Positions 48,076 through 60,950 of a stretch of 64,000 nucleotides of DNA are shown here, piece after piece. Both the position numbers and the translations under genes were made by a program. The notes beneath the pieces were generated by a model that saw only the letters and a program-made list of their open reading frames with translations, did not search any database and was not told where the DNA came from. Source of the stretch: Phyllosticta citribraziliensis (Eukaryota); NCBI RefSeq assembly GCF_038025025.1, contig NW_027117339.1, forward strand, positions 930,001 to 994,000. The letters run 5' to 3'. Numbering within the stretch: position 1 is the stretch's first letter; the number at the start of each line of letters is the position of its first letter.

Positions 48076-49197
48076 CTACCCCATCATCCACACAACCAAA
48101 TGCAAGAAGCCGTCAGCGTAGCTCGCAGCGCGGCCCAGCTCATCGACAGGCGCAGCCAGCGGCACCACGGCGCCGTGCAAGACGGGCTGCGCCAACAGCG
48201 GACTACGCCTGCTGGGAAAGAGACTCGGCAGCGCGGTATTCAGGGCCGTGCCGAGCGTCTGATTAGGCTGGATCGGGGCCTGGATGGTGCGGAGGGCGCC
48301 AGGAGGCAGCTTTGCGGCCTCGTCGTCGTCTTTCTTGCTAGCTGGGGCTCGTTGGCTCTGCTGATGCTGTTGAGTACGCGGCGGAGACGAGGCGCCGCTG
48401 CCGCCAGCTCCGCCGCTGGTGCTGGGCAGATACAGCTTCAAGGGGACGTGGCGCAGGCGGCCGCCGGCGGGCGGCGTGACTAGGCGGGCGTGGACGCTGT
48501 TGTAGAGGGGCAAGTCGTGCGTCTGGACGGCGCGCCACAGGGCGTCGCTGCTGTCCTTGCTGAGGCTCATGACGGCCTTGGCCGAGCCGTTGCGCAGGAA
48601 GTCGGCCTCCTTGACGGCGTTGATGAAGGCGTCGTGCTGGCTCTTGAGGGCCGGGTCCAGCGGCAGCAGCGTCGGTGGGTGCGCCGCGTAATGCAGCGTC
48701 AGTCGCCAGGGGAGCGCGCCGGCTTCGGTGCCGCTGCTGCTGCTTGAGGTTGGCGATGTTGGCGATGTTCTGGTGGTTAGTGGGTCATCACTGGAGGCGT
48801 GAGCGTTGAAGGGCTCGGCGCCAGAGTAGAGGTCGTAGAGCAGGCCGATGGGGTGGTGCCATTTCAACGGCACGTCTTCGAACGAGAGCCAGCCTTGGCT
48901 GGGTTGGACGTCCGGGTTGATGAGCGAGGGTGCGAAGAAGGCGTGCAGGCGGCCGAGTAGAAATGGGATGTAGGAGAGACGGGGTACTTGGATCTTTGTG
49001 CAGACGAAAAAAAAAAGAAAGGAAATGGTTAGTATTTGTTCTTGCGGTGGTGGTGAGATGAGATGGAGATGGCCTACCAGATACGGATCCGATTCGTCAA
49101 ATGTCCGGCAGTCGGTGCTGGCCAGGGTGATTTGCAGCGGTATGGATCCGTTCCAAATCTGCTTCTGGACGGCCGTGACGTCGCGCGGGCTGCTCAT
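48076..49197 (-). CDS. ATG5: Autophagy protein Atg5
   Basis: IWNGSIPLQI, PRLSY, PLKWHHPIGLLYDL, FINAVKEADFLRNGSAK and VLHGAVVPL...YADGFLH motifs. Probable 84-nt intron at 48994-49077. Confidence 0.93.
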   Translation of the reverse strand: MSSPRDVTAVQKQIWNGSIPLQITLASTDCRTFDESDPYLVGHLHLISPPPQEQILTISFLFFFVCTKIQVPRLSYIPFLLGRLHAFFAPSLINPDVQPSQGWLSFEDVPLKWHHPIGLLYDLYSGAEPFNAHASSDDPLTTRTSPTSPTSSSSSGTEAGALPWRLTLHYAAHPPTLLPLDPALKSQHDAFINAVKEADFLRNGSAKAVMSLSKDSSDALWRAVQTHDLPLYNSVHARLVTPPAGGRLRHVPLKLYLPSTSGGAGGSGASSPPRTQQHQQSQRAPASKKDDDEAAKLPPGALRTIQAPIQPNQTLGTALNTALPSLFPSRRSPLLAQPVLHGAVVPLAAPVDELGRAASYADGFLHLVVWMMG

Positions 49198-49775
49198 GGC
49201 CGCCGCGACTCGAGCGAGGTCGTTGGCAGGTTGTCTGTTTCTGTCGGTGCTGCGGCGGGTTAGGCGTCGACGGGAGAGCAGCGGAACGGGGCGAGCGAGC
49301 GGGAATGATGAGGTGAGGTGAGATGAGACCAGTAATACAGGTACCTGACTTCACATGTGGAGCAATCATGACCATGTAATGGATCAACTGGACGAGTCCC
49401 TGCAGCGGAGGTTAGGTTGTCAGTTTAACCTTCTTTCCCTCGCATCCGTTCCGCCCGTCACTTACCAGCATCCAGGTCCACCTGTCGGCCCACCCGCCGC
49501 CATCCATGCCATTGACCTCCGCCTTTTCTTTTCCTCGACTCCAACGCTTCGTCCACCCTACCTGGCAGTCTTGCTGCATCACACTCAATCCACGAGGGAA
49601 AAGGAAAACAATGCCTTTGCGCTGAGCGGCACAAATATGCCGGACCTGTAAAACTCTGGTTTCGATTTCTTTGCCTCCCTCCGGCGAGTCCCTGCTTCAA
49701 AGCTCTTGTCCGAGTTGATTTCTGCCCAACACAAACATATATACCTCATCAATCCTCACCTCTCTTCTTAAAACC

Positions 49776-50766
49776 ATGTCGACCACAATATTCCAGGCCG
49801 TATCGTCGTCCACGTCGGACCCCCAAGCAGCGGCGGCCGCGGCCATGAGCCGCAAACGCTCCCGCGCCACCATGATGCTGCTCCACGAAGACGACGACCA
49901 AGACGAGGACAACAGGCAGCGCAACCAATCTCCCCACATCATCAGCGCTCAAGAGATCTCTCACACGAATGCATCCGCAACCGCGCCGACAATCTCTTCG
50001 CCACGGCCACGGCGGCCATCCATGGACCGCAAGCGCTCGCGCACGTCGGGCGTGCTGGACGGGCTGGAACTGGTGCCCGCCGCTGCCGCCTGGCAACTCA
50101 ACATGGATGACATGCTGGACGGAGTCGTTCTGGGCGATTGGTGTCCTCCAAACCAACAAAAGACGGTTCATCTTGACGTGAGTGAGAGCATCTCTAGCGG
50201 CCGTCGCTACGTGCCCGGGCAAAGTCTCGTCGTGCTGTGCGTGGTGGAGAGTACGGACGTGCAGTTGAGGCAGTTGAGGTATGTTGCCCTCCCTTCTGCT
50301 TCATCTTCATCCCCCGTGTTCTACTATCTTCCCATCTATCTACCTACCACCACGCCTCGTTCACGCACATCCGACTAACAGAACGGCCAACAGCTCCCAT
50401 CTCCCGCATCTTCTCACCCTCTCACCAACCCTCTTCCCCATCCTCCTGACCCGGCATGACCCCTCGTCCCTCTCCACCACGCTCCCTGCCATCCCCGCCA
50501 AAGGCCACCCGCCAAACCATTTCCTCCGCCTTGGCCTCTTGCACCCGCTAGGCGGCGGGCTAGCCGGCATGGACGCGCTGGTGCTGCTCGATCAGCGCGC
50601 CCGCCGCCGTCTCGTCGTCCCCTTTGGCTGGGGCGTCGGCAGGGGCATCGGAGATGCGGAGAGAGGTGCGCCTGCTGTGAGGGAGCGGCTCATGGAGGCT
50701 GTTGAGGAGGGTTTGTTAGGTTTGGAGAGGGAGAGGGCGGCGGAAGTGGAAGCGTATGGCGCGTGA
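49776..50766 (+). CDS. Hypothetical fungal protein, divergent from ATG5
   Basis: ATG in AAAACC-ATG context. GTATGT (~50279)...GACTAACAG (50381) intron links to exon 2 containing FLRLGLLHPLGGG...DALVLLD...RRRLVVPFGWG. Confidence 0.65.
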
Positions 50767-51422
50767 GGAGGTCTATGATCCACTGGGTCTTTGGAGCAAT
50801 TTTGGAGTTGTGTATTCAAGGGGCTGGCGTTGGAGGAGGCCCGTCGATCACTTCGGCGTGTCATTTTGAGAAGTCATCTGGGTGTCAGTCGCATCCTTCG
50901 CATTGCTCCACCATGTGTGTAATCTCGCAAAAGCGCCTTGTGGAAAAGCAATCCTGTAACACAACATCAATATTCATGTTCAAGCTCGGGCACAGTTGAT
51001 GGCAAGACTTCATTGGCTTGTAGAGATATGGAGGTCATTGACACAAAGCTGAGACACCGTGGAGAAAATGTCTCAATCTGTAGCACAAGCCCCATGACAG
51101 CCAGATGCTGCTAAGATGCCTCAAAGCACCGCGTATGCGCATCATGCTCAAGCCAAAACCCTCAGGTTCTTTCTTCAAGGATAGCTCGGCCCTTCAAATC
51201 ACAAGGTAGAGGGCACCAGGCTGGTCGCCGCCTGTCCAGGACTGATTAAACAGTCCATTTGAGCAAGTCTCCTGACTGCTGCGAGCCAAGCTATCTCCAG
51301 CACTCTCATTCGTCTACCACGAGCTTCACATATCAAGCAATTCCCAGCGTACCAAACCCCACAACACTATTCGTCCCACAGCAACGTTGCTACAACGCAA
51401 GGATTCCGCGACTCAAACACTC

Positions 51423-53236
51423 CTACTGCGCCTCGCTCCCGCTCAGCTTGGTCCTCTTCCCATCCAAGCCATCAGCTGCAGATCCCTGAGCATCTGCGGG
51501 TACATTGCTCATGTCAGCCAGCGGCGGCCGTGCAGGCAGCTGTTCCGCTGGTCGCTTGAGCGGGGGCTTGTAGAGGTTTTTGCGGTTTGTCATGGGGCTG
51601 CCCGGTGCCCCCGGCATTCCTATCCGCCTGTTCATGTCTGCCTGTGGGTTCATGAAATTCGGTCGGCCACCGCCACCACCTGGCGGAGGTGGACCTTGAC
51701 TGCTGGCGTTGCCGTTCGTAGTGTTGCCATTGGAAATTCCGTTGATCGCAAGACGGCTGACGGGCGCGGAGGTTTTGTGGTTGACGCCATTAGTACGACG
51801 GAGCGAGGGTGATTCAAGGTGAGGATTGAATTCTGGCGCATTTGGAGGAGGTTCCCGCCCTTCGGCTTTGTGCACAAGGTCTGCAGCTCGACCGGATACG
51901 AAGCGGACCGGAGGTTGACCGTTCGCTTGGTTCGGCGCATCTTGAGGCATGGGAGGTGTTGAGCCAGATTTCCTGGCTTGTGCTGAGGCGGCGGCCGCTG
52001 CTAGGAGATGTTGGGCACCTTGCGTTGGCCGAGATGGCTGCTGCTGGACTTGACCGTTTGGAGTCGGAGCCCTGTTTGGAATTTCGGGTCTCTGGGCTCC
52101 ATTTCCAGTCTGCTGAGCTTGCTGTGCTGGCGGTGCGGGTCTGCCATTGACCTGAGGTTTGAACTGCTGAAGTTGTTGTGGCTTTGGTGCTCCATTTGGT
52201 ACATTGGGTGGCCTCATGGACGGCATCGATTGAACCCGTGTCAGTTGCTGATGTTGAGCGGGCTGGATTGGTGTTTCTGGTTTGGACTGTGCCGGATCCG
52301 CGAGCATACTCTCATACGCCGAGTCGTCATTCGCCCCATCCGTGTGGTCAAAGTCCACACCCTCGAACAGGTTGCCTCCAAATTCATCTTCACCATCAAT
52401 CGACTTGGAAAGCATCGACTTGTCAACCGATGGAGGCTTCTCATCTGCAGCAGGCTGCAGCTCTGTCTTCACGTTCTCTTGTTTGACCGGGGCATAATCT
52501 GCGTGTCGGTGCAACCTGTCGGGGTTCCACTTTGAGGGCGCGACCTTCATCTTTGAAATCTTGCTTTCGTAGTTCTTGTCATATAGACAGTTTCCCAACA
52601 CATTGCCAAACGTTCGAAGGGCGCGTTTCAACGCGTCGGTGGCGGCTTCTTTCTTTGCCTTTTCAAAGGCGGCAGCTTTACCTGCAGCATTCTCAATGTG
52701 GCCATAGCCAATATCCTTGCGCATGTGTCAGTCAAGATGCCAGACAGACGCGATTCGCTTGTTGAAGGTACCTCATGAAAAGTGCCGTCCTTCAGCGTGA
52801 CCCGTATGATGACGCTCAGGCCCAAGCTGATCTTGCCAGAGGACTGGCTTTGATCGACCTGCAGGCCGAGTCAGCTCAACGCCCTTCATCTTGCCCGTCA
52901 TCCGCCAGGGTGTCCATACGAAATCTATCTGCACATCCCGAATGCTGCTACTCCATCCGTTGAAACCAAACACTTCGTTCGCGAGGTTGATAGCCTTTTC
53001 TGCGGGCAGGTAGTAGAGCGTTCGGTTGGCGGGGCCTTTGCGCGACGATATATATTCTGGGCCGAGTTGTTTATCGAGCCGGCTTTGGAGCGTGGCGATT
53101 TCTTGTGCCGTCCACTCGGAGATGCGCGGTTTCTCCTCTTCGAATGGGTTCGCGATGCCGCGGTGCTGCTCGCCTGGCCTGCGCGCGACTGTCAGCAAAG
53201 GGAGCTCGCTAGAGAAAGTTGAACGTACGCAGGCAT
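51423..53236 (-). CDS. RAD52: DNA repair/recombination protein Rad52
   Basis: MPA|PGEQH start; LDKQLGPEYISSR, INLANEVFGFNGWSSSI, FHE|DIGYG and AKKEAATDALKRALRTFGN motifs. Confidence 0.95.
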
Positions 53237-53728
53237 AATAATTAATCAGATGTTGTGTGGGTATGGGTGAGCATCGCGTGGGTGGAACGCAAGTTGGATG
53301 TTGACGCGTTGGAAGCCCGGGGCGGCGACGCGACTTGGGCTGCCCGATCGGACGGTTCCTTGTCATCAAGACGGCCCGCTATGGCGCTAGGCAACCCCAG
53401 TCATATGCGGTGTCACGTGAAACTATCCCAATTTGGAAATCGACCAGGAACGCTCATCTAGTTTCATGAGTGAAAATTATTCTTCTTTCCTATAGAGATG
53501 CAGCGTTGCTCGCATTCCAGTGAAGGAACTGCGCGTATCCACAGCATCCTTGAGCGCTTTCCAAGCGTCGTCATAGCGTACATCAAGTGACAGTGGTGCA
53601 CCGTCTACACCTCTTCCATGAGTTGCGGTAGTGAAATATCAAGCCCAATCCAACGCCAATAAAGTGCTCAGATGCGCATGTCATGAAACAAAACTCCCCA
53701 TGCCTCATGGTAGCCATAAATGGCTTCC

Positions 53729-55728
53729 TCATTTCCTGCTCTTTTCAACTCCCAGGCCAGTTCCGTGGTCGCTCTCGTCGTCGCTGTCGACCAAGCTGAA
53801 CGGCTCCCTCTCAGCGTCTCCATTCCGCATGCGCTGCTTTCCTCGACTCGGCTCGGCATCATCAGAGTCATCCATGGACCCCACCAGTTCGTGTTCCTCG
53901 TATGCAGCTTCCATGTCGCGCTCAGTGTTGGACCTGCTCCTGAATCCCTCCAAGCCCATGCCTCCTCTAAGAATTGAACTGCCGTTATCTTTTGCCCATG
54001 GAAAAACACTTTGATATCCAGCTCTCCTGCGACGGTCGCGCCACACGAAGAAGCCGCCCAAGATGGCCAAGCTGGCAACAATGACGAGCGCCACCTCGCC
54101 GGACTTGTAATAAGCCTGCCATGTGGCGTCCTCGAGCATCTTGTCTTGTTCCTCCTCTGCCTCGGTCGAATTGGGGTGGGAGCCAACGCTGGTGAGCGGC
54201 CCCTTCTCGCCATCGATCGACGAATCGACGGGTTTGCCACCAATGCTGGACAAGTCGACGCCCATGAAGCGGTCAAGCATGTCGCGGGTCCTTCGAGGGT
54301 AGTCAAAGGGAACCATGTGACTGCTGTTGTAGAACATGACGTAGGTCAAGTTGCGGGCCTCCTGGTAAATGCCTGCCGGGTCTCCTTCGAAAGTCCAGTC
54401 ACGGCGTGGAGCGATTTCTCCTTGGCCGAGTTCAAAGCCTTTTCCGCCGTTCCACTTCATGTTGTTGATGAGCTCCTCCGTGCCGATATGATTGCAAATC
54501 AAGTCCTTTTCTCCGGAAAACAGCAGTATGGGTATCTCCTTCAAGATGTTCGGCAAGATCTCTATCGAAGCCTTTGAATTGCGCGCCTTGAAATTCATAG
54601 AAACAGACCCCGAGCATTCTTGCCATCCAGTGCGCTTGGCAGGGTCAATGTGGAGCGCCGACTTGACATCGTCGCGCCGCAGGTATGGTGTGAGCTGCTT
54701 TAGATCCGGGGGCCAGTTCATGCCGCAAGAATCGTCATCCCTGAGCCGTATGTCGTACATGTTGATGCACTGCTCATTCTCCGATTTCGAGGTATCCGTC
54801 GTGACACTAAGCAAGGTCGAAAGGATGTCTTCGCAGTCCTGGACGTCCACGTGGATCGCGCTGCCAGCGTCCAAGGATTTGATACAGAGCGCTTGGGCAG
54901 CTTCCAGTCGCTTTGCTTTTTCGGTCCCATCTCTTATGAGCCCGTTCTTGTATGCGAAAGGTAGGTAGGACAGGTATTGGTCGACAGGCGAAATCCAGCC
55001 GTTGCCGATCAGGAGACCTTGGAGCTTCCATGGGCTCTGAGCCTTTTTGTTGCGCTCCATTATAGCCTGGGTGATGTACGGAATGTGTTGTCCAGCATAT
55101 GATTCTCCGGCAATGTAGATCTGGGACATGTCAGCTGGGTCAACTGTCAGTGGCGGATGGAGATGTACGCACGTCGTCGTACATGTACTCGGGGAAGAGG
55201 GTGAACCACTTCTCCAAGAAGACAATAAATTGGTCCGCCATTTCGGTGAGCTCGTGTAGGTAGGCATTGGTGTCAACGTAGCTAAAGCCTGTGCCAACCG
55301 GATTGTCCACAAACAGTAGGTTGGCGAATTCGTCCCAGGACCCGTTGTTGTAGACCAAGTTCTGGTCCTTTGTTACTCGGTATGGACCAATTTCCATCAT
55401 GGCGCCATCCATTGAGCTGCATCCTGGCCCGCCGTTGAGCCATATGACGGTGCGCTGGCGGTTCGCAATGTGCCGGTTTTGGTAGTGCCAGAAGAACAGG
55501 TTTCCGTGGTGTTCGGCGTCGACCTCGACATGGCTGCGGGTGCGATCAGCAAAGGTCAATTGCGCATAGGAAGCGCAGTACGTACCCAGCGTGCATTTTC
55601 AGCAGCGGACCTGGCGGCGCTCCAGGCAGGGAATGTATGAAGTAGTCGGCGGCCGTCTTGTCCGAGGCAGCGGCAACGGCGGGAAGCCATGCCGCAGCGA
55701 GTGCGAGGGCTTGCGTGAGGGCCCTCAT
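53729..55728 (-). CDS. KEX1: Pheromone-processing serine carboxypeptidase Kex1
   Basis: Signal peptide, [21 protein letters not shown] and SHMVPFD motifs, C-terminal TM ([18 protein letters not shown]) and acidic tail. Confidence 0.94.
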
Positions 55729-56792
55729 TGCCTTGTCGAGGCGCGGTCGGCGGAGAAGGGATGGGAGTGTGTGGTGAGGGCGCGTTCCGGGGATAGTTGG
55801 AAGGGGATGGGATAAACGTTGGGTCTAGTCGGATTGGGCCGCGCGTCTATGTCATGAAGGCGTTGGACCAGGCGCAGACCTGGAGTTTCGGGGGACCGGG
55901 GCGCGCTACGGGACAGCGACGGGTAGCTGCAGGAGTAAACGGGTTCTGCAGACTTTGAGTCTTTTCGTCGTTGTTGGAGGGCAGGGTATTGAGGGCCGTA
56001 TCGGGGATGCTGACGGTTGGCAAGAGAAGAGACGTGTCCTGGGTGGCGCGCCGACAAAGCAATCTTCCAAGGGTCTTGCCAGCCAGAACGGGGTACCCGT
56101 GCTGCCCTGGCTACAGTGCAACTCTGTTTTATGTATCCCATCTCATGTATCCTTTCGTCTTGTTAACCAAGCTTCGTCCGGTTCCTGTCTTGAATAATGT
56201 CATCTACAGTCCCTACGTCGGGCGGTCCGCCCAGCCCCGCCCCCACCCCGCAATGGGACGAAGCTGAATCCGACCCTGCGTGCTTGCACTGAACAGTCGC
56301 CGCTTTCGTCCAAGTCAAGCCCGTATATGCAGCTAGTGGATCGCTACGAGAGATGACCCAAGTTCATCTGCTGCCTGCGCGTCGGCCCGCATCCGACCAT
56401 AATCTCACAGTCCAACAAGGCTTTGTTTGCCCGCCGTTTACTGTCATCAAATTTGGTATCTATCCGTGGTGCCCGTCTCTCCAAGCCGTGCTGGGACACT
56501 GTGCACGGCCAAGGCAACGACTCGGCTACCCGCTCTCGGTCGAGGCAGAAGTTGGCTACAAGAAGGAGACTAATAACCCCGGGAAACCGTCCCTGGCATC
56601 CTCATGAATGACCTTGTCCCACGCCAACGCCAAATCCCTCCTTGCGCCTGCTTTTGCGGATCAGGAAGACGTTGCAGTGGTGAGCAAATCAAATCCGAAT
56701 CCTGCTCGCAAAGTGGACATGAAGTCATGTAGCGGCACAAAGCTGCCAAATATCAAACATTCTCCAGCCCATATCCGTACACGTGCGTCCTT

Positions 56793-57365
56793 TCAAGACT
56801 GGCGGATGGGCACAGCCTTGCCTTCCTCCTCGGCCTTGGCCTCGACCGCGTCCTTGGGCACGTCCTCGGCGCTCGTCTCATGGTTGAGGCTAGTCTCGCG
56901 GTGGAGGAAGGTGCCCTCCTTCACAGGGCTGGCGCTCTGGCCGTTGGGGTTGTGGGCAGCAGTAACACCACCACCGTTGCCAACGTGGGGTGATGAGCTG
57001 TGCGGAATGTTCTCAGGAACGGGGTGTTCGCGGCCGATTTGAGTGACGCCGACGTCATCTGCCTTGCCCGCTTTGGAGAGGGCGTAGTCGCCGCTGTCAA
57101 AGTACTTGCGCTCCTGCAGAGTGTCGTGGTTAGCGGAAGGACTTGGAACCGAGGCTGGCTGCTTGCCGTACCTTGAGCTTGTTCTGGAGCAGGTCCTTGC
57201 GGTTTGGCAACTTGCCGTAAAGGCGGAACAGACGTTGCTCCTCGGCCGACAGCGACTGTGGTGGTACAATGGATGTCAGTGGCAGTTTGCGAAGAGTCGC
57301 AGCAGGCGCGGTTGCGCAGGGTGACGCACGCTGATGTCAACCTTGTTCTTCTGATGCGGATTCAT
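56793..57365 (-). CDS. IGO1: Endosulfine / cAMP-regulated phosphoprotein (Igo1-like)
   Basis: MNPHQKNKVDIS first exon, YGKLP middle exon and RKYFDSGDYALSKAG (Greatwall/Rim15 site). Two introns. Confidence 0.9.
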
Positions 57366-58487
57366 GGTGAATCTGTCGGAGAAGGACGTGTGCGAAGGTG
57401 GTTGAGCTGGTCTTGGGTCGGCGAACGACCTGAGGATGGAGGGGTAGCGGAGGTCGCAGGCGGCTTTGTCTTTGGGCAGTCGGATTTCAGGATTTCGGGC
57501 TCTGGACGACCGAGTGGTGAGTGGATGGTAGCACCGCAAGGGTACACGTCAATAACTGGTGCTCAGCAAAGGTCAGGACCGCGTTCTGGCCTAAGGCAAA
57601 CTCGGGTTGGTTGCGGCTGCCAGTAATAGCACAGTTTTGGGGCTATGGCAGACGCTGGCGGGGATGTGCTCAGGTCGATAAGGCGATCCCTGCGATCTGA
57701 GCAGAGGCGTGACGACACCGACAACAACAATGGACTGGACAGCGGGACCTGCGGACGTACGACAAGCAGACTCAGGCTCAGGCTCAACTGGCAGCGAGCA
57801 TGCGGCGGTTCGACTCGAACGGGGCGGCGGTAGGGCCGTTTGCCGGATGAATCAGAGGATGCTTGAGAATAGTGGGGTCGGTGCTTGGACGAAAGTAGGC
57901 TTGAGCAAGTCGCCGGGCCACGCCAGGGCAGGGTTTTGGTCGGGAGGGCGAGTCAGAGAGCAAGACGCGGAAGCTGAGTGGACGAGGTGAGGTGGACAGA
58001 GAAAAGGGTTGACGAGGGGACTTGAAGAGCAGGTCAGGTCGAGGTGGTTCAGGTTAGGTGAGGTGGAATGGCGCTACTGGTCGCACTCGCCAGCCAGCCG
58101 CCTGTCGGACCTGATCCCTCCCACCGCCCGTCACGCGCAGACCAGACCAGACGAGACGAGACGAGACGACGCAACCAAGGAACAGCAAAAATTGTTGCGC
58201 GCTCAGTTGCACTTGCGCATCGTCGTTTCATTCCACGCGTCTCGCCCTCCACCATTCTTTCCTCCTCCGACGCCCCTGCTGAGAGATACCGTCGAAAAGG
58301 GTCCGGCAGCTCGTAACCTTAATTTTTTTTTCTTTTGCTTCCGCATCCCAGAGCCTGTTACTTTGCTCCATCACGTGCTCTACCATCTTTCTCTTTCGGA
58401 CCACCATTGCCGGTGGGCACAATCCAAAACCGTGTAAGCCACCGCAAGCCGCATACGTTGTTCCACGTATCTTTCCATCCGGAGACC

Positions 58488-59325
58488 ATGGTTTCTCCAA
58501 TCAAAAAGACGTTTGTGGTTGAGCACCTAGATCCCGAGCTAGAGGCTTGGTCGTCTCTCGAGTATGCTTCGATCGCGCGCGAGTCGCAAGCCTCTGGCGT
58601 GCGCTTCTTGCTATCAAGCGTCCCCAACACCCTGAAGTTGCCGGAAAACTTGGCACATGTCCAAGGTCTCGAAGTCGAGCATGATAGCGTCGAAAATCTC
58701 TTCGACAAGCCCAGGGTCTGCTTGCTCGACCCGGCAGCAACCCAAGAGCTAAGCCCTGCCGATGGCGACAAGTTTGACGTCTTTCTGTTTGGCGGCATTC
58801 TCGGTATGGATTCGAATTGACGCCATGCATGTGTCGACTTGAGTAACTGATTGCATGCAGGTGATGATCCTCCAAGAGGTATATTGTTTTGTGGGTCTTG
58901 CTGCAACATGCATGGCTGACGGCGCGCCACAGATAGGACCTCAGAGCTTCGCAAGAAGGGTTTCGAGGGCCGTCGACTCGGGCCTGTCCAGATGACCACT
59001 GATACGGCAGTCAGGGTCACTAGAATGATCGTCCAGGACAGGAGTAAGTGGCAAGCATGCCGATTGACGCTATCCCCCTTTCTCATGCCATGCCGTAGTA
59101 CCCCTCGATAAAATTCCGTACGTCGACAATCCTGAAATCAAGGTCGACGAGCACGAGAGCACCGAGATGCCCTTCCGCTACGTTTTGGACAAGGAAGGAA
59201 AACCAATCATGCCAGAGGTCGGATCATCACGTCACCACTCCTGATAGCCGCGTAACTGACTGGAATAGGGAATGGTTGATTTAATCAAAAAGGACTCGGA
59301 AAGAGGTTTCGGAGACCTCATTTGA
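58488..59325 (+). CDS. SFM1: SPOUT-family methyltransferase Sfm1-like
   Basis: FVVEHLDPELEAWSSLEY, CLLDP, FLFGGILG|DDPPR|DRTSELR, LGPVQMTTDTAVRVT and EMPFRYV motifs. Four introns. Confidence 0.88.
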
Positions 59326-59485
59326 TCTGATGCTCTAGTTGGAACTAGTCGGCATCAAAAAAATACAGGACGTCTTACTATCAAACCACGCTGTGCTCTC
59401 CATATCGGCTCAACATTGAAAATCAGGGTATCACACTGCGCATCGTACAACATTCCACTCCTCAGGCACCGACCGTCCGCTCAAC

Positions 59486-59855
59486 TCAATACCTGTGGTG
59501 GCTCCCCCTACCATCAGTTCCCCGCATGCGTCTGGTGCCAGCGGCCTAAGGGATTACGTCAGTGTATTGCTCATGGACGGTCGAGATACGAATTTCTCAC
59601 CTTTTCACCGGGCCTGCGGGTGACGGCACCCTTCAATTTAAGCATCGCGCCGGACACTTTGTCCTTCAAACTTGGGCGACGCTTGTGGTGATGCACGGGC
59701 GCAGCCGTGGTCGTATGGCCTGTCCTCCGGGTCGGGTTGCGGTGCGAGCGGGTCTTTCTGGTGGTAGTCGTCGTCGTCGTTGTCGTGGTGTTCTTGTGAC
59801 CACGAAGGCGGGCCATCAAACCGGGCTTGGAGGTGGTCTTGCGGGTAACAGGCAT
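59486..59855 (-). CDS. Small basic Thr/His/Arg-rich fungal protein
   Basis: MPVTRK...HHHKRRPSLKDKVSGAMLKLKGAVTRRPGEK, then an intron, then AAGTRRMRGTDGRGSHHRY*. Splicing is in frame. Confidence 0.8.
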
Positions 59856-60413
59856 GATGATGTTTTAATCTGATGTGGGATCGGTTCGAGAACAAGTAGA
59901 GGTTCGGATTTTGCTCGACGCCGTAAGATGTGGGATTGACTGTCAACCGAATGGGTGTTGATGAATGGCGAGGAATTGGTAGGTTCTTTGTGATGATGAG
60001 TGAACAGTCCTAGGAGGGTTGCCATAGATCGACTTTATACATAATGGCAGTGAAAGTGTAAATTCAGGTTTGCTGGGGATCGTCAGCCCCGGACGTCATG
60101 GACGACAGAAGCAGAATACGCCCACTTCCCGCTTGGGCAGTAGGGCTCATCCTCATGGCGGGAGCCCTGCTGAAGGAAGCCTGTCCCTGTGCTTGAGCAG
60201 CTCCTGCCGTTGTTTGTTGATAGGCTGGACTACAGACGAGACCCTGTTTTCGGACACGAGACCCTTGGCATGACATGTCCACACGGTCCAAGAAACCATG
60301 AGCTCCCCACACGCGTAGTGGGCTTCGAACATCAAAGGGTTGACGTTCGGGGTTGCTTGATGTCCGGGGAGGGGGACAAGGAAGGACGGGAAGCACTTTG
60401 TTGGCCCGCGCCC

Positions 60414-60421
60414 TGACGTCA
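60414..60421. promoter_or_regulatory. Perfect CRE/ATF palindrome TGACGTCA in a divergent promoter
   Basis: Exact match, with several half-sites in the same intergenic region. Confidence 0.5.
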
Positions 60422-60950
60422 TACCATGCACGTTGCTCGAGCTACCTTACCTCGTCCGCATCCTGTCATCACGTCAACTGCTCAGTCCCCGTGATTCCTC
60501 GGGGTGAGAGGGGAGGCTTTTGGCCACGGTCAAACCAAGGCGTGAAATTGCAGCCGGCTTGCGAGTTGACGCGTTGTTGGCTTTGAATGCTCCCTGCGTT
60601 GGCGCGAAACTGCGGAGCCTCCATCGCCAAAGCTTCCAGACCAGCAGTTGCGCTGAGATCTACGCCCACCATCCGATCTACCGGACGTCTCCCGCTATTC
60701 TCGACTTTTCCATGTACAATGGCAAACAATCCAATGTTGGGCCATGCCTTGCAGTGCGCAATTAGGTTTTCAACAGTGCTTGTAGACCTGACATGTCGCC
60801 GATGATGTCATTATGAGAGACGCGCTTTCCTAAAAACACCTCCCTTCAGTGAGCTGCGTGGTGCCACTCAACATCTGCACACTTCTCTCAACTCTCAGCA
60901 ACCTTGCGCTCCAAGTCCGACTCTCGTCGACCCAGACCATCCCAATCAAA

